63,463 nucleotides of DNA from Parcubacteria group bacterium Greene0714_7 (lineage in GTDB: Bacteria; Patescibacteriota; Minisyncoccia; Phycocordibacterales; Phycocordibacteraceae): the NCBI GenBank assembly GCA_007378985.1, contig VMHB01000004.1, positions 1,012-64,474 of the forward strand, in the 5' to 3' direction. This document shows positions 1 to 8,170 of the stretch, piece by piece. A model generated the notes under the pieces. That model was given only the letters and a program-made list of their open reading frames with translations. It was not told the DNA's origin and did no database searches. Every line of letters begins with the position of its first letter. The first letter of the stretch is position 1. A program made the position numbers and the translations under genes.

Positions 1-2151
1 ATGAAGTGGCGAAGGTGATGGCTCCTGTTTGTGCAGAGCCGTAGACTTGGGCGAGTGAAGTGACGCCACCGGCAGAACCAAGCGAAGAAGTTGCAACATA
101 ATCATACCCACCACTCTGATTACCAACCAAGAATTGACCGTATGAAGGGGCTGTTGAGGTGCCGGTGCCTCCTTTAGAGATTCCAAGTATTCCTGAAATA
201 GTTGAGAGAGTTGAAGTAGCAGTTGCGTATACTTTTCCGTTTGCATCTACGGCGAGTGCGTTAGGTCCTGAAAGTCCTGTGAGGAATGTGTTGCCTGAAA
301 CAGTGAGTGCGGTGGTGGAGGCGTAGGGGAACACTGAGGCGGTTGAGGAAGTAGCAGTGAACGACGGTGCAGTGACCGTGTTATATGCAGTGACGAGTCC
401 ACGAAACAAAGAATTACCAACCGTTTCAAAAATATTTCCGGTAGTTGAAGTAGCAGAAGCACCGAGGTAGCCCACGCTCCAGCTCCTCCACCACCAGATA
501 TATCTGCAGCCCATACTGGTACACCACCCTGAATTTTGAGCACTTGACCTGTTGAGCCAACACCTAGGCGTGCAAGTGTGTTTGCGCTTGATGCATACAA
601 CACATCTCCAGTGGTATATGAGTTGAGGCCGGTACCGCCATAGAGTGTGCCGATACTGGTAGTTGCAGAAACGACACCATTATTTACCTGAAGGGGTCCA
701 TTTTCCACTGTTGAAGTTACGCTTGAGATAAGCGTAAAGGGTCCAGAGATAGTGGTAGTTGCGAGGGTGGTAGCTCCTGTTGCGGTGAGCGAGGCAAGCT
801 GAGTTGCACCAGAAACAGAGAGCGTAGAAAACGAACCTGTGCCTCCAGAAATATTTGAACCGGTGATAGTGCTATTAGAAATAGTACCTCCAGTGAATGA
901 TGAACCTGAAATACTGACGGAAGCAAGTTGATCAATACGATTACTGAGTTGAATCGCCTGAGTGTTGCCGGCAACATTGGATGAAATATTTGAAATAGCA
1001 CCATACACTTGTGAGAGCACAACATTTTTAAACCCCTGAAGTTCAGCAGTAAGAACTTCAGGAGACATACCTGGTGAAGCAATATATTTATTTTCTGTTG
1101 TAGTAACTGGGCCATAGTTATTCGTGACCGGACCATAAAAATTATTTACAGTGCCAGGCGTGGTACCAGAAACTGCCACATCCTCAGTTTTTGAACTCCA
1201 CACTGGAGGGACGATAGCTACGGATGAAGCACAACTGACAACAGTAGAATTCACTGCACTAGGGATCTGAGACTTACTAGGAATAATGCGTGAAAATAGA
1301 TTTTCAAAAATATCCGACCCTGCGACCGCAACAGATGCAAGCAATGTTGGAGACCCTCCTTGAGAGAGGAAATGTTCAAATGAGTTTCCTATTGGAGAGG
1401 AAGTGTATGTCTCACTATTCGAATCCTGATAGACACTGCCAGCTCTCTGCCCTTCATTGTCAATTGAAGAAAAACTCTCCATCACAAATCCTGAAACAAC
1501 AGCGACGATTAAGAAAACAGATGCATATTTTGAAAAGGAGAAAATAATTTTCAACGAAGGATTTTTTAACCGAGGAAGTGTAGACTTCTCATCCTGTAAT
1601 ACACTTTCTTTCAAAACACCCTCACTCTCTTTAGAAGCATTGGCGTTATCAACCTCACCGACACCCTCTACTTGTATTTTTGAAGAAAGGATACTCCGCA
1701 AGCGTTCCTTGTTTTTTTCTTGTTTTTGTTCCGATTCAAGAGCGTATGCACTAAGAGCACCTCGTGTAGTAAACCAAATACCGTCCACTTTCTTTGCAAT
1801 GATTTTTTCTTTACGCGCAAGAAGAGAAAGATACTCAGAATCATACGGAGAAAACTTTGCTACCTGCGAAAGAGGTAGCCATGCATCCACTGAGGTGTTT
1901 GAAGAAAGAATGTTCCGTAGACGCTCCTTGTTCTTTTCCTGTTTTTGCTCCGATTCAAGAACATAGGCAGTAAGAGCAGCCCGTGTGGTAAACCAGATAC
2001 CGTCAACCTTTTTAGCGACCAGCTTTCCTCTTCGAGCCAGAAGAGAAAGATACTCAGAATCATACGGAGAAAACTTTGCCGCCTGAGAAAGAGGCAACCA
2101 TGTGTCCATAGGTGCCTCAATATCCATACTTCGATAATCAGAATTATTCAT
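1..2151 (-). CDS. Membrane-anchored fibre-like surface protein with two N-terminal excisionase-type HTH modules; 3'-partial and frame-disrupted near 471-473
   Basis: ORF 247..2151 plus an out-of-frame continuation that stays open to base 1. Two copies of WLPLSQxAKFSPYDSEYLSLLAR..K..AKKVDGIWFTTR, one TM segment (IIFSFSKYASVFLIVAVVSGFV), then Gly/Ser/Thr repeats (GGTG..GDVLYA..GQVL..P.W) like tail-fibre proteins. Confidence 0.6.
1681..2106 (-). repeat. Tandem 219-nt (73-codon) duplication encoding the HTH module
   Basis: Residues 16-84 and 89-157 of the ORF are near-identical, and the underlying DNA is visibly repeated with period 219 nt. Confidence 0.85.
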
Positions 2152-2754
2152 GGCTATAGACCCGATTTTTCTAGAATATCGGCTTGTTTCTCAACAAACA
2201 TCGGCTCTTGGGTTGGTGGGTTTTTTTCATTTTTATCGTTCTTTTTTGGAGACTTTTTTCTTCGCTAAAACTATGTCGCTCCGCATCAACGGCTCAAGAA
2301 TCTCTGATGTCTTTAGTTTAACTTTCCACCTATCTGCAGTAGGTATAAACATATCCACGAAAAAAAATGCTCACTTTCTCTCCATATACGATCAAAAAAT
2401 GATAGTCCTATGCGCAGATTGAAAGCTCCAATGAAGGCACAATGCTTAAAAAAAGAAATCGTAATAAAAAACGTGCCTTGCTTCCAAAACTAAAAAAATC
2501 TATGTATGTTTATAAGTTTATTCATTAATAAAGGTTAATAGTTTATACTGGATCTCGGCAAGAAACCCATAAGACACTTCATTTAAAAAATGCATGGAAA
2601 AGTAACATATACTGTTCGTAAGCTAGCTACCGCAGAAGAAATGTACAGAAAAATAAGAAGATCCTATAAAAATGGAAAAAACAATAGAAAACAATAAAAT
2701 TTGAATGTCTATACCCCACCCACTTTTCATGCACTACCTATACAAATACTTTCT

Positions 2755-3018
2755 ATGACAAAAATACCTCAAAAGGAGTTTTTAACAGTTACTGAGGTGG
2801 CAAAGATTTTTGGCGTCTCTCCACTAACAGTCAGAAATTGGGATCAGAAGGGCAAACTGGAAGCAACACGAAACCCCTTCAACAATTACCGTGTATATAG
2901 ACGTGTCGATATTGAAACCCTCCTCGGTGAAATAGAGTTTTCAAAAGGTAAACATATTGTCATTCCAAACATACATAAAAAGAAAGTGCGTAAACTTTCA
3001 GTGCGCGAAGAAGAATAA
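2755..3018 (+). CDS. MerR/excisionase-family HTH DNA-binding protein
   Basis: LTVTEVAKIFGVSPLTVRNWDQKGKLEATRNPFNNYRVYRRVDIETLL motif. First ATG in ORF 2701..3018 is at 2755. Divergent from the fibre gene. Confidence 0.6.
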   Translation: MTKIPQKEFLTVTEVAKIFGVSPLTVRNWDQKGKLEATRNPFNNYRVYRRVDIETLLGEIEFSKGKHIVIPNIHKKKVRKLSVREEE

Positions 3019-3021
3019 CCT

Positions 3022-3054
3022 CTCCATGTAGGACCTCCGAGGTCCTACATGGAG
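3022..3054. terminator. Hairpin CTCCATGTAGGACC..GGTCCTACATGGAG between convergent genes
   Basis: 14-16 bp perfect stem starting 4 nt after the HTH gene stop. No clear U-tract. Confidence 0.45.
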
Positions 3055-3083
3055 TTAGTCTAGAAAAATATAAAATCTGCAAA

Positions 3084-3130
3084 GTGCCTATCGCATGTTG
3101 GGTTTCGTAAACCCAACATGCGATAGGCAC
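3084..3130. terminator. 22-bp perfect-stem hairpin (loop CGT)
   Basis: GTGCCTATCGCATGTTGGGTTT cgt AAACCCAACATGCGATAGGCAC, with T/A-rich flanks on both sides. Confidence 0.5.
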
Positions 3131-3194
3131 TAAAAAAAGTGCTCACGCACAAAATGAAAAATGAACGATTTCGTAAGTTATCCATTTTATTAAA

Positions 3195-3219
3195 ATGTGG
3201 GACATACGATGTCCCACAT
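3195..3219 (-). terminator. Hairpin ATGTGGGACAT-acg-ATGTCCCACAT followed by a U-run on the minus strand (secA side)
   Basis: 11-bp stem. The minus strand continues TTTTAATAAAATGG. Confidence 0.55.
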
Positions 3220-3313
3220 GGTGCTCTCGGTTGCTACAATACTCTCCTCCCTAGACGCTACATAGTCCCTTCGGACACGAACCCTCGACAGGGTGATGAA
3301 GCATCAGAAGCGT

Positions 3314-3334
3314 CGCCTATCCACTAACCCCTAG
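3314..3334 (-). repeat. TAG-heptad module downstream of the secA stop (CTAGGGG TTAGTGG ATAGGCG)
   Basis: Three 7-nt units, each containing TAG. Together with the secA stop they give TAG in all three frames. Shares GGCGACRCTTC with the module at 8125-8170. Confidence 0.6.
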
Positions 3335-3352
3335 TTGTTTGTAGCGATTCCC

Positions 3353-5821
3353 CTACTCAACTATTCTCCAGCCTTTCGTAAGATATTCTTCTGCTTTTTT
3401 GAACTTCATTTCTTTTGTTTCAACGCCATCGGTGATGGTGACTTTATCGTTTCGTCCTAATTTCTGAACTCCAAAACTTGGAATGACAATCGTTTGAGAG
3501 TTTGTAATTGGAGCATCTCCTAAGTGAGATACTGCGTCAGCAATTGAGGACGAGAGCGAAACTTCAAGCTCACGGAACATACGTAACCCTTCCCGACGGT
3601 ATTCAATAAATGGATCCCTGCCTCCGTAAGAGCGCAAGTTAACACTCCCCCGCAAGTGCTCCATTGAATCCAAATGCTCAATCCAAAAAAGATCGTATGC
3701 TTGAAGCAGTAGACGTCGAAGCCCACTCTCAAACTGCAATGGCTCGAGCGTGCTCTTCTTTGCATCAATAATTGACGCATCAACCCCTACAGACTCCATG
3801 TGTTCTCGTACTGCTGTTACCAGTTCCTCCTCATCACCTAAGAGAACAGAACGGCGGCGAGCGTAGATAATTGCACGCTGATGGTTCAACACATCATCGA
3901 AACCAAGCACATGCTTTCGTGAATCAAAATTAACACCTTCTATTTTTTCTTGTGCCGACTCGAGCGCACGACTCACCATCTTACTTTTAATAGGTTCGTC
4001 TTCTGAAATACCCAAGCGTCCCATCATTGACTTCACCATGTCAGAAGCAAAGACACGCATTAATTTATCCTCTAAAGAAACAAAGAACTGTGTCTCACCA
4101 GGGTCTCCTTGACGACCTGCGCGACCTCTCAGCTGATTGTCTATACGCCGTGCATCGTGTCGTTCTGTTCCTATAACAAACAGCCCGTCTAAACTCTTAA
4201 CATCTACATACGCTTCATCGGTTGCAGGATTGCCACCAAGCTTCACGTCGACGCCACGGCCCGCCATGTTTGTTGCAACAGTAACCCCAGCCTTCTTTCC
4301 AGCCTGAGCAATAATCTCTCCTTCTCGTTCATGATTCTTTGCATTAAGCATCTCATGAGGTACACCGGCAGCACGAAGCTCTGCTGCAAGGCGCTCATTC
4401 ACTTCAATTGAGGTTGTACCAATGAGTACTGGCTGACCTTTCTCATGTTTCTCTTTGACAGTACGCACTATTGCCTTAAACTTTCCCGCTTCTGTTTGAA
4501 ATATAAGGTCCGTGTGGTCAACACGGTTAATAGGCTTATTTGTTGGAATTACCACCACATCAAGATTGTAGACGGAGCGGAACTCCTCTTCGGAAGTTGC
4601 ACCAGTACCAGTCATACCAGCAACTTTCTTATACATACGGAAATAGTTCTGGAATGTAATGGAAGCGTACGTCTGGCTCTCCTTCTCTATAAGTACACCC
4701 TCCTTAGCCTCTATTGCTTGATGTAAGCCATCCGACCACCTTCGCCCTGCCTGTAGACGCCCCGTAAACTCATCAACAATAACCACCTTTCCATCCTTTA
4801 CTACATAATCCTTATCCTTTATGAACACGGCAAAGGCCTTCACTGCCACCTCAAGATGATGTGCGTATTTTATTCCACCCTCCGCATATATATTTTCAAT
4901 ACCAAGTTTTTTCTCAATCTTCTCTATACCAGCATCCGTCATTATGACTGTGCGCAATTTCTCATCCACGGTATAGTCATCCCCTTCTTTGAGAGAAGGA
5001 ACCACTTCGGCAAAAGTTATATATAACTCTTCAGGATCTTTAGCGGGTCCTGAAATAATTAACGGGGTACGCGCCTCATCAATAAGAATAGAGTCTACTT
5101 CGTCAACAATCGCATAGTGATGATGGTGTTGCCGAAGATTAACTTTGTCATATTCCAAGTTGTCTCGAAGGTAGTCAAAGCCGTATTCATTGTTAGTTCC
5201 GTAAGTAATGTCAGCAGTATATGCCTCAGGCCTTGAAGTAGGTCGTAAAAATTCATGCACTACCTTAAAGGATCCAAGTTCATCTCGCGCCGTATCAAGC
5301 TCAGCATCCTCAGCTGGTGAAACATGCTTTTGGTCATACAGAAACGATGAATCGTGATTGATGACACCGACAGATAGTCCGAGTGCATTATAAATTTGCC
5401 CCATCCACACTGCATCACGCCGCGCTAGGTAATCATTCACCGTCACAATGTGCACGCCCTTTCCTTCCAAAGCATTCAGATACGCGGGAAGTGTTGCTAC
5501 AAGTGTCTTTCCTTCTCCGGTGCGCATTTCTGCAATAGAGCGATTATGAAGAACATATCCTCCAATAATCTGCACATCAAAGTGTCTCTGACCAAGAGTG
5601 CGCACACTTGCCTCCCGTACCGCAGCAAATGCTTCGGGTAAAAGCTCATCGAGAGTAGCCCCTTGCTCTAGACGAGCCTTAAATTCCTTTGTGATACCCG
5701 CAAGCGACTCATCTGAGCGCTCATGCATGCTCGCTTCCAGCGCATTCACTTTTTCAACTACCTTTTTCGCTTCCGCGAGAAGCGGACTGTTCGCTGTGAA
5801 AAGCTTGTTCAGACTAAACAT
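3353..5821 (-). CDS. secA: Preprotein translocase ATPase SecA
   Basis: MRTGEGKTLVATLPAYLNAL and DEVDSILIDEARTPLIISG motifs. Start placed at MFSLNKLF (ATG 5821), because the longer ORF N-terminus looks non-protein. Confidence 0.95.
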   Translation of the reverse strand: MFSLNKLFTANSPLLAEAKKVVEKVNALEASMHERSDESLAGITKEFKARLEQGATLDELLPEAFAAVREASVRTLGQRHFDVQIIGGYVLHNRSIAEMRTGEGKTLVATLPAYLNALEGKGVHIVTVNDYLARRDAVWMGQIYNALGLSVGVINHDSSFLYDQKHVSPAEDAELDTARDELGSFKVVHEFLRPTSRPEAYTADITYGTNNEYGFDYLRDNLEYDKVNLRQHHHHYAIVDEVDSILIDEARTPLIISGPAKDPEELYITFAEVVPSLKEGDDYTVDEKLRTVIMTDAGIEKIEKKLGIENIYAEGGIKYAHHLEVAVKAFAVFIKDKDYVVKDGKVVIVDEFTGRLQAGRRWSDGLHQAIEAKEGVLIEKESQTYASITFQNYFRMYKKVAGMTGTGATSEEEFRSVYNLDVVVIPTNKPINRVDHTDLIFQTEAGKFKAIVRTVKEKHEKGQPVLIGTTSIEVNERLAAELRAAGVPHEMLNAKNHEREGEIIAQAGKKAGVTVATNMAGRGVDVKLGGNPATDEAYVDVKSLDGLFVIGTERHDARRIDNQLRGRAGRQGDPGETQFFVSLEDKLMRVFASDMVKSMMGRLGISEDEPIKSKMVSRALESAQEKIEGVNFDSRKHVLGFDDVLNHQRAIIYARRRSVLLGDEEELVTAVREHMESVGVDASIIDAKKSTLEPLQFESGLRRLLLQAYDLFWIEHLDSMEHLRGSVNLRSYGGRDPFIEYRREGLRMFRELEVSLSSSIADAVSHLGDAPITNSQTIVIPSFGVQKLGRNDKVTITDGVETKEMKFKKAEEYLTKGWRIVE

Positions 5822-5964
5822 AGTGGGAGGAATGGTACCATATTTCGCATTGAAAAATCCTGACGTTGGGCGACAGGCTATACAAAACCATCTAATTTCA
5901 TACGCATTACAAAACAACACATAACAAGGATAGCGAGGAATACAAATAAGGTAGGCACGGAGAA

Positions 5965-6018
5965 TAAAAAAAGCCCCCATGAGAGAACGTAAGTGCGATT
6001 CCTCATGGGGGCTTTTTT
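5965..6018. terminator. Bidirectional intrinsic terminator
   Basis: A-run, GCCCCCATGAG, 18-nt loop, CTCATGGGGGC, T-run. Confidence 0.75.
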
Positions 6019-6026
6019 ATAAGAAA

Positions 6027-6122
6027 CTATACGCGGCGCTTTGCACTCTTCTTGACTGCTTTCTTTGCAGTCTTCTTGACTGCCTTTTTCACAGTCTTCT
6101 TTGCTTTCTTTTTTGCTGCCAT
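6027..6122 (-). CDS. 31-aa lysine-rich small protein (MAAKKKAKKTVKKAVKKTAKKAVKKSAKRRV)
   Basis: ATG..TAG ORF not in the supplied track (too short). Immediately followed by the 5965-6018 terminator. Contains an internal KKAVKKxAK repeat. Confidence 0.4.
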   Translation of the reverse strand: MAAKKKAKKTVKKAVKKTAKKAVKKSAKRRV

Positions 6123-6335
6123 AAAATTTATTTTATTTTGGGGAGTAACAGCGTACAAATGCGTTGTGCGAACATTTGTTGTGCGTCTTGATACAAGCTC
6201 TTTATGCAGTATGGAACATCTATGTGCGCATACAACAATGAAAACAAAATACTTGTGGATAACAATTTTTTATAAAAAATATATTTTGTAAAAGTTTTTT
6301 ACAAAAAAATAAATAATTGGTGCGTAATAAATTAA

Positions 6336-7382
6336 TTATTTATTTTTAAAAACAATTTTCTTTTCAGCGCCAAATAATCGTACTTCTGGTGTAATTTGTA
6401 TGCCTGTTTTTTCAAATACCAAACGAGCAACCTCAGATGCAAGTAACACAACATCCTCACTCGTTGAGTTAGGCTCCGCAGTAATCACCAATGCCTGCTT
6501 CTCCCATAAGAACGCTTTTCCAACACGAAGTTTTTTTAAAGAAAGAGCGTGATCAAAAATCCACGCGAGAGGCAACTTCACCCCCCCTTCAGGAAGAGGA
6601 AAAAGTGGCATGAGTGGATACATCTCGGAAAGCTCGCGTGTTTTCTCATCGTTCACTATAGGGTTTAGAAAAAAAGAACCAGCCGTTCCAAACAAGTCGA
6701 GCGGAGGAAATTTTCCTTTCCGAATTTCAATTACCGCCTCGCGCACTTCACGAAGAGAAGGAATGCTCTCTACATTTGCAAAATAATTTTTAAGATCGCG
6801 GTACGAAAGATTAGGACTAGCGTCTGTAGTCAAAGCGAAACTAACACGAACAACAATATAACGATCCACTTCTTTTTTAAAAATACTGGTGCGATATCCA
6901 AACTCACACTCGAGAGATACGAGAGTCTGCATCTTCCCCTGCTTCGTGTCATATACATCAACAGCAATAACTCGTTCTGATAGTGCAGAACCATATGCTC
7001 CAATATTTTGAACAACTCCAGCACCAACGGTACCTGGAATGGATGACAAGTTTTCCAATCCCCAAAAACCTCTCTCAACGCTCTGCTCTACAAGTGAATC
7101 CCATGACACACCTGCTTCAGCAGTACAAAGAATATCTGCGCCATTCACTGTGAACGAAACATCGTGCATAGCGATGTTAAGAAAAACCGCGTCTACTCCC
7201 GAATCAGGGATGAGCATATTGGAACCAGCACCAATAGGAATTAACGGCAACCCTTTTTCTTTTGCAAATTCGACTGCCTGCGAAATTTCTACTTCACTCT
7301 TCACCGTCACTAAAAATCGTGCCGGCCCTCCCGTGTGAAATGTGGTGAGAGTGGACAGTGGGACATTCTCTAAAATTTCCAT
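6336..7382 (-). CDS. murB: UDP-N-acetylenolpyruvoylglucosamine reductase MurB
   Basis: LSTLTTFHTGGPARF, GAGSNML and typical MurB length and C-terminal domain. Confidence 0.9.
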   Translation of the reverse strand: MEILENVPLSTLTTFHTGGPARFLVTVKSEVEISQAVEFAKEKGLPLIPIGAGSNMLIPDSGVDAVFLNIAMHDVSFTVNGADILCTAEAGVSWDSLVEQSVERGFWGLENLSSIPGTVGAGVVQNIGAYGSALSERVIAVDVYDTKQGKMQTLVSLECEFGYRTSIFKKEVDRYIVVRVSFALTTDASPNLSYRDLKNYFANVESIPSLREVREAVIEIRKGKFPPLDLFGTAGSFFLNPIVNDEKTRELSEMYPLMPLFPLPEGGVKLPLAWIFDHALSLKKLRVGKAFLWEKQALVITAEPNSTSEDVVLLASEVARLVFEKTGIQITPEVRLFGAEKKIVFKNK

Positions 7383-7394
7383 ATATAAAAAGAT

Positions 7395-7895
7395 GAAGCC
7401 AGACGCAAGTATATCCGCTAGTGCGTCTGCATTCTACGACCGACGGGTGCGAGCTCCAAGCAAAAATCTATGTGAGTGCCTACCGCCGGCCGTAGAGTAC
7501 AGGCGACTTTATTACTGTACGCCCTCTCTGAAAGAGAAACAACTCCGCTAATCTAAGAAAATATAGAAAAACTACAAAATCGAATACGAGCCCGTAAGGG
7601 AGCGAATGGCGCATCTCCCGAACATCCGCAGATCAAACTGCTTGGTGTGCGGAGCACAGTTTGATCGAGGAAGGAACATGAACTGCTTCATGTTCCTTCC
7701 GGTCCCGCTTCGGGAATGGCTGTTGCCCATAGGCAAGCCATAGGAGGGTGAATAAAGCTTCCGCAGGAGAAGCCGAATGTTTCGGGAGGTGCGCCTTGAG
7801 CGAGTACACAAAACCCCGCTTTCGCGGGGGCTTATGCAGATTTTCGTAGAGCTAGCAAAAACTAGCACTCACTCGCTCTAAGATAGCATTTTCTT
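7395..7895. ncRNA. Highly structured non-coding RNA candidate, class unresolved
   Basis: No plausible ORF. Long-range ~18-bp helix 7608-7625/7777-7795. 14-bp hairpin 7669-7700. 10-bp hairpin 7631-7666. CCCCGC-tetraloop-GCGGGG at 7814-7829 (GAAA on the minus strand). Helix 7798-7805/7871-7878. Confidence 0.4.
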
Positions 7896-7968
7896 ACTAC
7901 TTTTTCAAGTTCCCCTCCTCATCTCCAAACCTTAACCACTAACTTAAGCCGTTCTCTTAGGGTTTGTG

Positions 7969-7993
7969 ATGTAGGACATCGTATGTCCTACAT
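7969..7993. terminator. Hairpin ATGTAGGACAT-cgt-ATGTCCTACAT (same family as 3195-3219)
   Basis: 11-bp stem. A T5 run follows on the plus strand. Confidence 0.45.
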
Positions 7994-8006
7994 TTTTAAG
8001 ACTGCA

Positions 8007-8054
8007 CCCCTCACTATGTATCACTGTAGTACTACAGTGATACATAGTGAGGGG
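8007..8054. repeat. 48-nt perfect palindrome (24-bp arms, no spacer)
   Basis: CCCCTCACTATGTATCACTGTAGT/ACTACAGTGATACATAGTGAGGGG. Lies ~110 nt downstream of the 8167 stop. Confidence 0.85.
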
Positions 8055-8124
8055 AATCTGGGAAAGACTCTTTATCTTTAGAAGAGTTCACAGCAGAATG
8101 CTCCTTGCGGATCTGATGAAGTGT

Positions 8125-8170
8125 CGCCTAACCCCTAAACGCTATCCACTAAACCCTAACCACTAACTAA
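8125..8170 (-). repeat. Six tandem TAG-containing heptads starting at the stop codon
   Basis: Minus strand: TTAG TTAGTGG TTAGGGT TTAGTGG ATAGCGT TTAGGGG TTAGGCG. Confidence 0.8.

Noticed and set aside
6254-6262. Perfect DnaA box TGTGGATAA in the AT-rich region between murB and the Lys-rich ORF (possible oriC)
   Set aside because: It is a single consensus box with no cluster of boxes and no dnaA or dnaN nearby. TATCCAC-like words at 3319 and 8143 belong to the heptad modules.
7383-7895. tmRNA (TAATAA in a hairpin loop at ~7510-7530 on the minus strand; AUUCU..CGACGGG resemblance at ~7428-7450 on the plus strand)
   Set aside because: There is no GGGG 5' acceptor and no G.U identity pair. There is no GGUUCGA T-arm or CCA-proximal acceptor strand on either strand. 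The putative tag frame (..REGVQ) is atypical and lies outside the long-range helix.
7560-7895. RNase P RNA or SRP RNA (GGGUGAA, ACAAAACCCCGCUU and CCGGAAGGAA look like CR-II, CR-V and helix-8 words)
   Set aside because: No GGAAAGUCC-type CR-I is present, and the helices are arranged in series rather than nested in a P1/P4 frame. CCGGAAGGAA is part of a perfect 14-bp local hairpin, not a GGAA tetraloop context. The class is left open pending a covariance-model search.
8125-8166. Telomere-like TTAGGG repeats
   Set aside because: The period is 7, not 6. The units are heterogeneous (TTAGTGG, ATAGCGT), internal to a bacterial gene array, and anchored on a stop codon.
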